In this document: piece after piece, positions 1-12,470 of the stretch
Numbering within the stretch: position 1 is the stretch's first letter
How the letters are laid out: each line of letters opens with the position of its first letter
From: Hemiscyllium ocellatum
Taxonomy: Eukaryota
Reading direction: 5' to 3'
Length of the DNA stretch: 64,000 nt
NCBI RefSeq assembly: GCF_020745735.1
Contig: NC_083439.1
Span: forward strand, 2,790,001 to 2,854,000
Translations under genes and position numbers: made by a program
Notes under the pieces: model-generated
Told to the model about the DNA's origin: nothing
The model's input: the letters and a program-made list of their open reading frames with translations, nothing else
Database searches by the model: none

Positions 1-221
1 AGAACCTGGATCAGGCCACTGTGGGTCAACAAGTTCTGCCAAGTCCTGGTCCGTATAATAACTTGGCCCTTTACTGTAATGGTAGCTCTTGTGAGTGATA
101 TACCGGGTTGTGAAGTGACCCAGACCGAAGAAGTCTGATGTGTCTTTGATGAAGTGTTTCTCCTGTGGAGTAAAGGCTGGCAGCCTGGAGTTGCTCAGAC
201 TTTCCTGTGAGCTCTTTCTCC
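1..221 (-). CDS. LCTL: LCTL coding exon 9 (truncated by window edge)
   Basis: GRKSSQESLSNSRLPAFTPQEKHFIKDTSDFFGLGHFTTRYITHKSY...ELVDPQWPDPGS; the GLGHFTTRYIT and ELVDPxWPD segments are recognised from vertebrate LCTL. Confidence 0.95.
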
Positions 222-387
222 CTGTTAATGTAACAAACAGCAAGGTATGGGGATTACAGGTTTTGAAGAATGCCAACATGCCTGCCAACCAAAGATCTCA
301 GATGCACAAGATGTTGTACTGCTCCAACTTTGCTCTGGATTGTTTCTAGTTGTTGATATGAGACATACTGTGACCTCCTAAAATACA

Positions 388-549
388 AGGTAAAAACAAT
401 GACTGCAGATGCTGGAAACCAGATTCTGGATTAGTGGTGCTGGAAGAGCACAGCAGTTCAGGCAGCATCCAAAGTGCAGCGAAATCGATGTTTTGGGTTC
501 CTGATGAAGGGCTTTTGCCCGAAATGTCGATTTCGCTGCACTTTGGATG
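388..549. mobile_element. Short palindromic Penelope pLTR-derived insertion with hammerhead motif
   Basis: TSD CCTCCTAAAATACA (374-387, 550-563); inverted arms; CTGATGA-GGGC/GCCC-GAAA at ~501-524. Confidence 0.85.
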
Positions 550-1486
550 CCTCCTAAAATACAGCCTGACTCGCCTCAGCTTCACCTGCACTAAGGCAAT
601 TTAAATGTTTAATGGAACTGTACGTAAACTGCAAGAAGCAACCCTGACCATAAAACGGGCGTTTGACAGTTTGTACAAGATAAATTACAATTTTACGATG
701 GTTCCCTCACTAAAAGTACACAATGTCTACATATATGGTAAATAAATAAGTACAAGGCCTTTTGTGTATGCAATTCTATATTTGTTAGGATTTGATTATG
801 AAACTGACATCTTTGGAATTGAACTCTAAGGCATGTTTGCATTTCTTTTTGCATATTTGATAAGTAGAAATCTTTAATGGAGAGCTTAATGGAGTCTTAA
901 AGACTCGCAAATTGCAGCCCACTGTGCTATTTATGAATGCCTACACAGAGTCCTGTTACTCAGCTGTGCTATCATACAAAGGCAAGCTGAGACTAGGCTC
1001 ATCCACAACACACTCATCCAACCTGTGATACACACAGATAGGAAGGGGAAATTAAACCCCAAAATAACCCCCTTTTCACATTTTGTGTCAGAGAATAAAA
1101 TGAATCATATAATGTGCTTGCCTAATTAACCCCTAAGTAATCCACCAGAATGCCAGAATTCTAAATTTGAGCAATAAAAAGAGAAAATGCTAAAGATATT
1201 CAAGGTCAAGCACTCTCTGTGTAGAGGGTTATACAATTACTGTTTTTGATCATTGGTTCTGATGAAAAGTAAATGGCTTAAAATGTCAACTCCATTTCTC
1301 TACCAAATCTGGAAACTTCATAGCATACTTACAGCATTTTCTATTATTATTTTAGATTTCCAGCCTGTGGAGTATTTTGCTTTTATTATAAGTCGTGGTA
1401 TCTGTTTAATATTTGCTTTTGGGCCTCATCATGCCAATATAGTCAATATGTGTGCCCACAATATTCCCCTTCATATTTACACTTAC

Positions 1487-1648
1487 CAATGCAGTCTTTC
1501 ATAACTTGAGGGTAGTCTCCATTGAAAATAGGGTTGGCAAACCAGCCTAGCTTAAACTGGATGTATCGCTCAGCAGCCTCGACATCCTTTTGATTTGTAA
1601 TGTCGACCGGCTCTCCCCATTCACTTGTGATAGAAATACCCACCAATC
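1487..1648 (-). CDS. LCTL: LCTL coding exon 8
   Basis: [54 protein letters not shown](G); 162 nt. Confidence 0.95.
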
Positions 1649-2515
1649 CTTTCATATGAAAAAAAATTAATAACTTAGATGCAACAAACAAATTATATTG
1701 CATTTAGAATATGCATGTATCTGCTGTAACTGTTTTACTCTGGTGTTGTGATTGCTCGACCTCTATGATGTAGAATGTTATTTTTTAGGACCATAGACCA
1801 TAGAAGGAGGCTATTTGGCCCATCATACTTCTGCTACCTCTTTGAAGAAAGCTAATAATTGATCTCATTCTCTCTGTGATTTCCCATAACTCTGCATATG
1901 TTTTTAATTTCAATTAAATAACCCATTCCTTTTTGAAAATTGCTTATATATCTGCTTCCACTAGTCTTTTAGCCAGCACATTCCAGATTATAACTTGATA
2001 TATTTATTGGCTTTTTTGCTTATTGTCTTAAATCTATGATGACTGGTTACCAGATTTAAGCCATTCAGCCCATCACGTCTGCTCCACCTTTCAATCATGA
2101 CTGATGTGTTTCTCAACCCCATTCTCCTGCCTTCTCCTCATAACCCTTGATCCCATTACTAACCAAGAACCTCTCTAACTCTGTCTTAAATACACTCAAT
2201 GACTAAGCCTCCCCAGCCTTCTATAACAATGAGTACCACAGATTAACTATCCTCTGGCTGACAAAATTCCTCCTCATCTCAAAGATTGTTCCTTTACTCT
2301 GAGGCTGTGCCCTCAGGCCCTAGACTCTCCTAATAGCGGAAATATCTCTATGTCCACTCTATCTAGGCGCCTTAGTAACCTGTAAGTTGCAATTAGATCT
2401 CCCTCATTCTTCTGAACTCTGGACCTCCTCCAATGCCCACACATCCCTTCTTAGATATGGGGCCCAAAACTGCTTACAATATTTCAGCTATGGTCTGACT
2501 AGAGCTTAATGCAGC

Positions 2516-2546
2516 CTGATGAAGGGCTTTTGCCCGAAACGTCGAT
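2516..2546 (+). ncRNA. Hammerhead catalytic core, 5' strand of stem I truncated
   Basis: CUGAUGA-A-GGGC-uuuu-GCCC-GAAA-CGUC-GA. Confidence 0.6.
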
Positions 2547-2643
2547 TTTCCTGCTCCTCGGATGCTGCCTGACCTGCTGTGCTTTTCCAGCACAACTCTA
2601 ATCTAGATTCTGGTTTCCAGCATCTTCAGTCCTCACGTTTGCC
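2518..2643 (+). mobile_element. Short Penelope pLTR insertion beginning at the hammerhead core
   Basis: TSD TAGAGCYTAATGCAGCCT (2500-2517, 2644-2661). Confidence 0.85.
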
Positions 2644-3151
2644 TAGAGCCTAATGCAGCCTCAGCAGGACACCTCTGCTCAATGAATGCTCTTCACCTTT
2701 TTTTGCCAGTGAAATATTTCTCCCTATTTACTCTAAACACCTTTATTAAAATTCCTTTAACCTTTTCTGATCAAAGTAGAACAACCTTAGCTCCTGCTCC
2801 CTCTCCACATAATTGAATCCCTCTGCCCTGCACGAACTGAAATAAGATGTGCTGGAACTGAATAATTATTGTAGATCTTGCTGACCAATGACTAGACGAA
2901 TAGAGAGAATATTTATCCACGACTTGCCTCTACCTGTATATCATGATGGTTCCATGATATTTGTCACATCCAGCTATCACTGAAATCTCTTAAAAACCCG
3001 TTGAAGCTGATGATACAATTCACCATATGAATTGCTAATCTTAACAACAGAAACTCATCAGACTATACAAGATATAATTTTGCAGTGGAGTCTGTAAGAG
3101 ATATTTGTACTTTCTTTGATTCCATTCAATCTGAATTGATAACTCTGTTAC

Positions 3152-3206
3152 CTTTTTGGTGATTGCGCCAAAGTTTATCGTACGTGTGCCAAGCCTTTGC
3201 ATGAGC
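3152..3206 (-). CDS. LCTL: LCTL coding exon 7
   Basis: AHAKAWHTYDKLWRNHQK(G); 55 nt. Confidence 0.93.
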
Positions 3207-3482
3207 CTGTGAAACAGAAGTAAACACTTCTGGTGTTAATGAGATTATGGTTTGTTCCTATTTTACTCCCATACAATTTTTTAGTTGGATTTCTCAGCTC
3301 TCACCCCAACTTACTGAGCCCTGCCTGAAAATGTACATCGTACAAGTCCAAATGTAGGCTCGGCACAATGGTAACTCTCAAAACACGGGATTTAACAAAT
3401 TTCAGAAACAGCAGCTCATAATCTAAACCGACATTTCAGTGCAACACTGAGGAACTGCTACATTGTAAAATGTCCCATTTAT

Positions 3483-3954
3483 CCACTCCCGGTGGAAGTG
3501 GTGTCTTTCTTCATCCGAATGTAAGGATACTAGTGAAAGACGATCATGTCGTTTTGTGGCTAGTTGATGTTCATGTATCCTGGGGGCTAGTTTTCAGCCT
3601 GTCTGTCCAATGTAGTGTTTCTTACAGTTCTTGCATGGACAACACATCCATTCTGGGTAAAGCCAAACAGAGACATGCACGAGACTTCCTAAAAGCATGG
3701 CATTCCAATCAGAACTCTATCAACAAACACATTGACTTGGATCCCATTTACCACCCGAGAAAAATGGCAGGAAATGCTATCACCATGGGAAATGAAGTCA
3801 CCACAGGAAATGACATCACCAGCCCAAGGAAGCCCAAACATATAAATAAAAAGCAGGAAATACCAGCAGTGCTTTATCCAGAGGCACACTTAGCAAGGTG
3901 ACAAAGCGTCTGAAAATGAACCATCCATCCAGCTCAGTGAGCAAACCTACATCC
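3483..3954 (+). mobile_element. Penelope-like 3' fragment with 5' inversion and 13-bp TSD
   Basis: ILGKAKQRHARDFLKAWHS..SINKHIDLDPIY; inverted upstream piece ~3490-3635; TSD ATGTCCCATTTAT at 3470-3482 and 3955-3967. Confidence 0.85.
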
Positions 3955-4138
3955 ATGTCCCATTTATTTTGAGAAAATTCCCATGAGGAGGAGCAGAAAT
4001 GGTCTCCTTAAGTTCTGGCAACCTTTATGCCTCAACCACATACAAAAACAAATGGAACGGTCTATTGATACACAATTTTTTTTAATCCTTTCAATAAATT
4101 ATGAAATTTTTGAGATTGAGAAATAGGAGAATACTTAC

Positions 4139-4234
4139 TTTAATGATGTTATGCCCTGCTCGGTACGCTCCTATTCCTTTCAGTTTCACTCCTGGTGCAT
4201 GTTGTCCCAATTCATATCCTTCCACAGCTGTGGA
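4139..4234 (-). CDS. LCTL: LCTL coding exon 6
   Basis: STAVEGYELGQHAPGVKLKGIGAYRAGHNIIK; 96 nt, TAG acceptor and GTAAGT donor. Confidence 0.93.
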
Positions 4235-6321
4235 CTACAATGAAAAAATGATCAAATGGAATGAGTTCCCACTACTGCCACTACTTGTAGAATAGGGATG
4301 GGATCCTGTGGATGTTCCATGTTGGAGGTTCAGAGTGTAACGAGCATGCAGATGGGCAACAGGCACAGGCTTCCTAACCTCACTCCTGTCAGCAATCAGG
4401 AGAAGAAAAATGGGCATTTCCTTCAGCTATCAGCAAATGTTAGTTGGTGAATATCTTTTATTAGAAAATCAGGCATATCATTTGCAGGATATCAGCCTGT
4501 TTTGAACTGAAAACTGGCAAAAGGTGGTGGGAAAACATTCAGCTAAAAAGAAAGTGGAGATTTTGCACCAAATACAGTTTCTTTTAACTTAGGTTTTATT
4601 ACTAATTATCCAGAGGTAGAACAAGAAGAAACCTCCAATAAACTCCACTCCAGTCATCCCCAAAGTCCTGAGATTGCTGGCTTTCAGAGATTGTGCTTGT
4701 ATTCTGCTTTTCAAACTCACACCTGCTGAACTAGTCACGATCATCCTAGGTAGGTTGTGCTGCCTCTCGAGTTGTGATTTAAAACATGAAACAGCCATAA
4801 CAATAAAACTAGGTTGAGTCTATCTGTAACAAAAGGATAAAAGGCTCCTTTCTGATGATTGTAGAAATCCTGCCATCATTTAGCACTAAATGTGGTAAAA
4901 ATAAAAGTTACATCAAAGATAATGAATGACTAGGGTGTCCAAGATGTCTATTTCCAAAGCAATGTAAGTGCTGATCACAGAACCTTGCTTACCCCAAATT
5001 AAACTTCTGCATGTGTTCCTGTTAATGCACAAGTATCTCAGTGTGTTAGTACCCCGTACCAGCAATTCTTGCGTGTTCTGACCCAGGATTAACGAGGCCA
5101 AAAAAGTTCTTTCTAGTTGGACAGAATTCACCCAAGGTAAACCAGAGAGTAATAGAGAAAGACCACAGGCTACAGGCTGCAGTCAGGCCACTTCAATACA
5201 GAGTATGAGTTATAGTGACTGAATTTGGATGATGTTACTTCATCTAGTTACAAAACATCCAAGTAAGATTAAACTAATTTTTGATATTTCAATTGTGTTT
5301 TCATGCAATTTCATTCTTCAATTACCATAGCACAACAGATAAATTGCGTCAGGTTATCTTTAACTAAACAAATAATATTTAAAGTAATATTTTGAAAAGC
5401 CAAGGTTTGGTCTCAAAATATAATACACTTTCAATATTATATGTGAAAGTAAGAAAAAAATCTTAAGGTTGTGCAATGTGCTGTGTGGAAAATGGCTGCA
5501 ATCTTTCCTCCATCACAAGAACATTCAGCTATCCAGTTCATGGATAGGAAGCATTTTAAGATGTTTATGAGAGAAGTGAATAGACATGATGTAAATGGAA
5601 ATTCTTTTACCCCCTGAGATGGGAACACTGTGGAAGAAGTTGACAATGCTGTTGCAAAGTCACCACATTCCGTTTCCAAGCTGTAGAGATCGAAGACGTT
5701 GATCATTGGTTGAAACATGAGCTATTAAGAATCTGATAAGAAAAGATTCATCAAATAATTCGGAGATCTGGCTAATGCTCTCTGGGTTCAAATTCCAGCT
5801 CAGCAGCTGTTGGAATTGAAGTTTAATGAGTGAATTATTTGGAGTTAAAAGCTACTCACATTGTTGATGTATTACATCATATTGGGTGTACTAGACACCA
5901 AATTTGCAGGATGTTAATGTATTGGAAGAGGTTCAGAGAAGGTTTACTAGATCGTTGGTTCCCAACTTTTTCAGAACAAAAGCATGTGTATATGTTATGT
6001 ATATATTTTTTAAAATTGTTAACAGGAGAAACTCAGAGCAAAGGTAATGACAAACAAACTTACCTCTGAGTTTATGTGGAGGTTTATTATAGGAGATCTA
6101 CCATTATTTGGCAGATGTATTAAAGCAGCTATTCCAACCTTTTTTTAGAAAGGAGACATTCACAGTCATGTGAGAGATATTCACAACAAAGTTTGAAGGT
6201 TAGTTTAAAAGAATATGACCAAAGAACATGTCAACTATAATGGGAAAGAAGAAGACAGTGCCACACACAGTGCCACAGGATAATATTCACCTGTACTTTG
6301 CTACATAAACTGAAAACATCA

Positions 6322-6606
<285 letters not shown>

Positions 6607-6754
6607 CTAAAATATCAAAGATGATCAACTATAGTCACTTTCAGAAAGATTCTATAAGAAAGGCAATTTGACTCATCACATCTGCTCATTCCAGACTTTA
6701 ACCAGCCATTTCCAAGTTTGTGTAATCACAGAGTGGATTTTCACAAAAATATAT

Positions 6755-7040
6755 AGAACATAAAACAATACAGCGCAGAACAGGCCCTTTGGCCCTCGAT
6801 GTTGGGCCGACCTGTGAACTATTCTCAGCTTGTCCCCTACACTATCCCATCATCATCCATGTGCTTATCTAAGGACTGTTTAAATCTCCCTAATGTGGCT
6901 GAGTTGACTACATTAGTAGGGAGGGCATTCCACGCCCTTACCACTCTCTGAGTAAAGAACCTGCCTCTGACATCTGTCTTAAATCTATCACCCCTCAATT
7001 TGTAGTTATGCCCCCTCGTACACACTGAAGTCATCACCTA
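6755..7040 (-). mobile_element. CR1 3' fragment
   Basis: TRGHNYKLRGDRFKTDVRGRFFTQRVVRAWNALP C-terminus plus 3' UTR. Confidence 0.85.
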
Positions 7041-7856
7041 GGAAAAAAACTTTCAGTAAAATAAAACTCAGAATAATTGTCTGATGCTGGGAAGTTCAGA
7101 GATTCAGTCTCCACTTGGAGCACAGACTATGACAGAGGAAGAGTGAAAGAGGTGCTATTACAGACTTCGGTGCTAAAGCTTAGAGAGGGTAAAATAAGGT
7201 TCCTACCCCTGACTGGCAGTAAATATTACTAGAACGGTGAGTTTGTGATTTTCTGGCGAGTATGTGATTGCAGTTAGCTGTAATGTCCTTTAACTGTGGT
7301 ACATTTCTGTGTGTAAGTGCAACACTGGGGGAGATCAGTCATAAAGAGTGTGGGGGCAGGAGGAGCTTGGGCTTAGCACTGAGCTGCAGATCTGTAATTT
7401 TACACTGTCAGGGAGATTTGTAATTGTCTGGGAACAGAGTGATTGACTGATTGAATAACACGCAGCAGGTTTCAACAGAGCTGTAGAATCTTAGATAACG
7501 AGCAACACAGAAGTGTTGGATGTAGGAGATAGCTACATGGGAGAGGCAACAAGCGATATCCAGTATTCATGGAACTCAGGCCCCTTAGATGTCAACATAT
7601 TTAAGAGAGGAAAAAAATGTTGGAATAAAACCAAAATAGAATTTGTGAGCATTGTAGATAGTTAGTGTTTACCTACGGTGTGGAAATTTCTTACTGATTT
7701 TCAGGACCACTGTCAAATCTGGCATTTAATTCTGGTCCCTCTCCAGCTTTAAAAAGGTGATAGTGCACAGTCATCTGGAACCTCAGTAGTTGCTATGACA
7801 CACATACAGATATACGTTAGCAAGTTACAAATGGTATTCAAACATTCCACACAGAC

Positions 7857-7966
7857 CTGTGGAAGATCCCCATGGTACAGAGTGACCACAGGTTGGATGT
7901 TGCTCTCCAGGAGGGTATTAATTAGCTCGTTATAATGCATGATTCCTTTGTCATTGATTCGCTCAG
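7857..7966 (-). CDS. LCTL: LCTL coding exon 4
   Basis: (A)ERINDKGIMHYNELINTLLESNIQPVVTLYHGDLPQ; 110 nt, phase-consistent. Confidence 0.93.
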
Positions 7967-8957
7967 CTGTATGATACAGAGAGATGAGAAACAGATAAAC
8001 TCTGACTTAAAAAGAAAACAAGTGACTTGACAACAGTAAAAACATTTTCCCGCACCCTTCATTTTAATATTTCCCCACCAACTCTCCTGTGCTGAATGCA
8101 CCTTTTTATTTGTGAATACCTCCTCCCACAACTGCTTAGAGACAGCTTTGTCATCATTAGTCTTGTCCAAGGGCAGTGCTGAAGGGAATCAGCCTAAGAC
8201 ATGCTGGTAGCAGGAAAAGCTGGGGGTCAGTGCTGAGCTGTGGATTTGTACCCTTACACTAAAGTGAAATCTCATTCCAAGAAGATTTGTAATCATCTGG
8301 AACACTGTGAGGACCTTTATAGTGTACCACAAGTAAGACAAGAGAGGAGCATTGCAGATACCCTGAGCACAACAGTAACAGAGCTGTTTGTTCTCAGTCA
8401 AGAAACAGGGATGTGTGGCAGATGACACCAGGCCCTCACTATAACGCTGCTCTCTCATAATACTCTTGCCTCTACTCGCTATTCTCTTAGATAGTGACTG
8501 TCCTGAGGAGAATTTCCAAACTGTCAAAAACAATAAGACAATTGAACTCTTCAGTCTAATTTAATATAAAATAAAAGATCTATTTGGTGGGGAGATGATG
8601 GCATTGTGATATTTTCACTGGATCAGACATGCCAATTATCATGGATCATTGTAAAAAACCCACCTGGGTCACTAATACCCTTGAGGGAGAGATATTGCCA
8701 ACCTTACCTGGTCTGGCCTACGTGGGACTCCAGACCCACAACAATATGGATAACTCTTAATTGCCCTCCCAAGTGGTTGAGTCAGTTGTTCAGTTCAAGG
8801 ATAATGAAGGATTGTCAGTAAATGCTGACCTTGCCAGTGACACCCTCATCACATGAAATATCCCAAGTACTTTCTCTACTCTTGGCTGGCACACCCTAAT
8901 CCCTAACAAACACAGCAAGTGCTGGACACACTCAGCAGGTCTTTCATCCCCCACAAT

Positions 8958-8992
8958 CACCTGATGAAGGAGCAGCGCTGTGAAAGCTAGTG
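8958..8992 (+). ncRNA. Hammerhead motif, third family (stem II partly mutated)
   Basis: CAC-CUGAUGA-A-GGAGC-agc-GCUGU-GAAA-GCUA-GUG; AGCU palindrome. Confidence 0.55.
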
Positions 8993-9347
8993 CTTCCAAA
9001 TATACTGTTGGACTGAACCCTGGTGTTGTGTGATTTTTAACTTTGTAGAGAAAGGAACAGAGTTAATGTGTTGAGTCCAATATGATGCTTCTTTAAACCC
9101 TAATACCTGTCTGACGTCCCCCTCTACTTCTCCTAGCTCTGTGCCAATCTGTTGGTCTGGACACCCAGCCTGAATGAAATTCAAGTCAGTTTTCTCTCTG
9201 TCATGAATGGTGTAAGCTGGTGTAGGTGTACTTCATTCATTGATTTCAATAAATACAAGAAACTTGTCTCTATGAGAAGACTTGATCTGAGCACTAGCTG
9301 AGGTTATGACTTCTCACATTACACAATCACAAATTGAGAGATGTTAC

Positions 9348-9435
9348 CTTTAATCCCAGTTGGTAGAATTCGAGGCCAGGAGATAGAGAAACGATAGTGA
9401 TTGACTTTCAGCTCTTTCAGTAGAGCAATATCCTC
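9348..9435 (-). CDS. LCTL: LCTL coding exon 3
   Basis: [29 protein letters not shown] contains the GH1 [10 protein letters not shown] motif; 88 nt, AG/GT sites. Confidence 0.95.
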
Positions 9436-10219
9436 CTGGAAGAGAAGCTAGTGTTAACCAGACTTTGTGCAGGTGGAGGAGATTTCATTCAGCATATTCC
9501 TTATTGGGGGAAACATCAAAGCGAACCTGGGCAGTTAACAAAGAGGTTGATGTTTCTGATAGCGTCCCTCCTCCAAACTTAAATTTAGACAAGATTAAAG
9601 AGAATGCTGTAACCAAATAAAACTATTCATTCACTGCTTGGCATCGGATCTGAACATGGACAAGAGGATTTGATGCTGTTTGTGTTGTATACTAGTTATT
9701 ACCATTTTAAATGCAATAGTTTATTGGAAATGGTTCTGGCCAGCTTGTAGTCAAGCAGATATGTATTCTAATCCCATTCTGGTAAATTATGAAACTGATT
9801 TCAAGATCTGGGTAACCTAAAGAACGCTTGGATAGATGCAAAAATTCCAATTCATTGAAAAATGTTCATCGGGGATGAGACCATGTCTGGCTAAGTTGAC
9901 CTACATGTGACTCCAGTCCATGTTATATGGTTGACTTTTAATGTCACAGAGGAGAGCAACAAGAACAGCTTTTGTCTGTAACACTTACACAACAAATCCA
10001 GAAAACAAAAATCCACAGGTGAATTGCTGTTTTAAGCAACTTTTGTTTAACTCATAGATGGCTAAAAGTCAGCACACAAAACTGCCAATAATTTGACAAT
10101 ATTGCACAAGAAAGCTGCTTGCTATGGACATTGCAAACAGAGAATGCTCTCCAATTGCACCTTCCCAAAAGTGGCAACACTGTTTAAAACAAACTGAATC
10201 TTGTTATTTGTGTCTTACA

Positions 10220-10550
10220 GGTAATCAGTTTGGTTCAGTTAGGAGCAGACTAACACCTGAGTCACAAGGCTCCAGGTCCAAGCTTCACTCCAGAGACCTG
10301 AGCACAAAAACCTGAGTTGATACTGGAGTGCAGTGATGCAAGGGTTAAACCGACACCCTGTATTAACCCCTTAGGAAAATGGAAAGAATCCCATGGTCAC
10401 TATTGGATGAAGAGCAGATTGTTGTTCTGGCAACAATGAAACAAACAGAATTATGTCTCTCAATGCTGCCTTGCTTGGTGTAAATTGGCTCCCTGTTTCT
10501 TCATTTATTACACTTCAATGTTTCAACTTTATTGGCTGTAAAGTCTTTTG
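10220..10550 (+). mobile_element. Old DeuSINE/SacSINE-like element
   Basis: tRNA-like head followed by CACTCCAGAGAC..GAGTGCAGT..GTTAAACCGA..ATCCCATGG..GAAGAGCAG Deu-domain-like sequence; related decayed copy at ~3355-4090. Confidence 0.55.
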
Positions 10551-10701
10551 GATGAAAGCAAAATACAGCAGATGCTGAAAATCTGAAACAATGAAGGAGA
10601 AATTCAGTGGGTCAAGCAGCATCTGTGGAGAGACGCATAGCATTGTGGGATATTGTGAAATGTTCTACAAATATGCAAGTTGTTTACATGTGTGTTCTTA
10701 C

Positions 10702-10862
10702 CTTGAATCTATAATAGCTTTCACAGGATGAATCTCCTGTTTCATTCAAGTGCACTTTTCCTTTCATTCGGGTGAAAACATCCCAGATACTGAGTCCTTT
10801 CCCATCTTGATCCCAAGCCCCTTCGGTCTGGTAAGCAGAGCTTCCCACGCCCCAGGAGAAAC
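10702..10862 (-). CDS. LCTL: LCTL coding exon 2
   Basis: [30 protein letters not shown]...[14 protein letters not shown] is the GH1 N-terminal signature; CAG acceptor, GTAAGA donor, 161 nt. Confidence 0.95.
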
Positions 10863-11129
10863 CTGAAACCAACACAATGCTTCATGTTGTGTTTCACCAC
10901 AGCTCATTCATGCACTGAGCAATATTTAGTTTAACACCAAATTGTTCAAGGAATTGTAAACTGAAAAGTTCCAAAACAGAAAAATTAAAAATTCTAGGGC
11001 ATGACTTTCAGCTCCAAATATTTCCACGAATTATTTCTATACGCCATTGGTGGCCAGTTCAATCCAGGAAACAGTTAAATTAAAACACCAGGCATGATAC
11101 ATGGGAGCCATTCAGTATTTGTACCAGTG

Positions 11130-11950
11130 CTACTCCCACTCCACCTCCCTCTCCCAATCCCACTCACCCCCCCCCCACTCAACTCCTCTCTTCCACACAT
11201 CCCCCTCTCCCACTCTACCCCTCTGTGCCATTCTCCCCCCACCACACTTCACCCCCTCCCACTTCACACCCCTCTCCCACTTCACACCCCTCCCCCACTC
11301 TACCCCTCCTCTCCCACTCCAACCCCTCTCACCCTCCACCCCAATCCCACTCCACCCCCTGTCCCACACAACCCTTCTGTCTCACTCTCCCCCCACCACA
11401 CTCCACCTCCCTCTCCCACTCTCACCCCCTCTCACTCCACCCCTTCTCCCATTCCACCCCCCTCCCACTCCACTCCCATTCAACCACTATCTCTCACTCT
11501 ATCCCCTCACCCACTCTAACTCCTCACCCACTCTCCCCTCCATCTCCCACTCTACTTCCCTCTCCCACTCTCTAAGAGATCATAGGATATAACAGCAGAC
11601 TTAGACCAATTGGCACATTGAGTCTGCTCTGACATTCACGCCATGTCCCATTGTACCCGCTCTCCCACACTATCCAACCTCTCCCACTCTACTCCTCCAT
11701 CTCACACTCTAACCCATTTCACACTCTACCTATGCTCCCATATTATCCCCCCTTGTATTTGACCCCCCCATTTCACTTCAACCCCATCCCCTACTGCTGC
11801 CTCTTCCACTCTACCCATCTCCCAATCTACCCCCATCTCTCACTCTACTCTCTCTCCCATACTATCTCCCCCCAACTCCCATTCTATCCTCATCTCCAGC
11901 TCTACCCCACCTCCCATTCTATTCCCTCTCCCACTGTAGTCCCTCTCCCA
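11130..11950. repeat. Degenerate C-rich low-complexity tract (CCCACT/CTCTC motifs) in LCTL intron 1
   Basis: Almost G-free + strand, interrupted at ~11575-11650 by a short LINE-tail fragment. Confidence 0.85.
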
Positions 11951-12217
11951 AAGACAGTGCTCCAATTTGAAGAGGGAGAGACAAAGGTTGAAGGGCTCAA
12001 CTGTGGGAAACAATCGTACAGTTGTGAATATTTTTGCTGAAAAGGAGCTGCTAGGGAAGGTGATGTGATTGTTGTATTTAGGATTTTAAAGAGATTGATA
12101 ATGTAGACAATGGCAACCTGCTTCACTTTGGTGAACTAGGGACGTGATCTACTTTATAAAAAGGGTAATATGGAAACTGCTGAGAGTTTTACACTCCCCA
12201 TCGGCTGGCTGCCTTAC

Positions 12218-12344
12218 CAGGAGGGAAAGTCCCATAGTAGAAAGATCCTCCATGGTCTTTTGTCCAGTCAAACTCTCGAGACAGACCCAGAGGTACCAAC
12301 AGCAGAAAGGTCTGGGATGCAGTGAGTACGACTGGTAGATGCAT
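12218..12344 (-). CDS. LCTL: Lactase-like protein (gamma-Klotho, GH1 family), coding exon 1 with signal peptide
   Basis: ATG at 12344; MHLPVVLTASQTFLLLVPLGLSREFDWTKDHGGSFYYGTFPP(G); hydrophobic signal and SFYYGTFP typical of the LCTL N-terminus; donor G|GTAAGG, phase 1. Confidence 0.9.
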
Positions 12345-12463
12345 TGTTCTTTAGTTAGTGCTGATTGAACACAAGCCACTGGCACCGTTCAACAAACTGT
12401 TGGCACAAAGAGGGCAGAGGATCATAAAAACCGATGGGAATTCATGAGGGAACAACAGTCACG

Positions 12464-12470
12464 TTATATA
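12464..12470 (-). promoter_or_regulatory. Candidate TATA box of LCTL
   Basis: TATATAA on the - strand ~120 nt upstream of the LCTL ATG; motif match only. Confidence 0.35.

Noticed and set aside
11094-12040. Pro/Ser/His-rich ORFs
   Set aside because: Low-complexity tract inside LCTL intron 1
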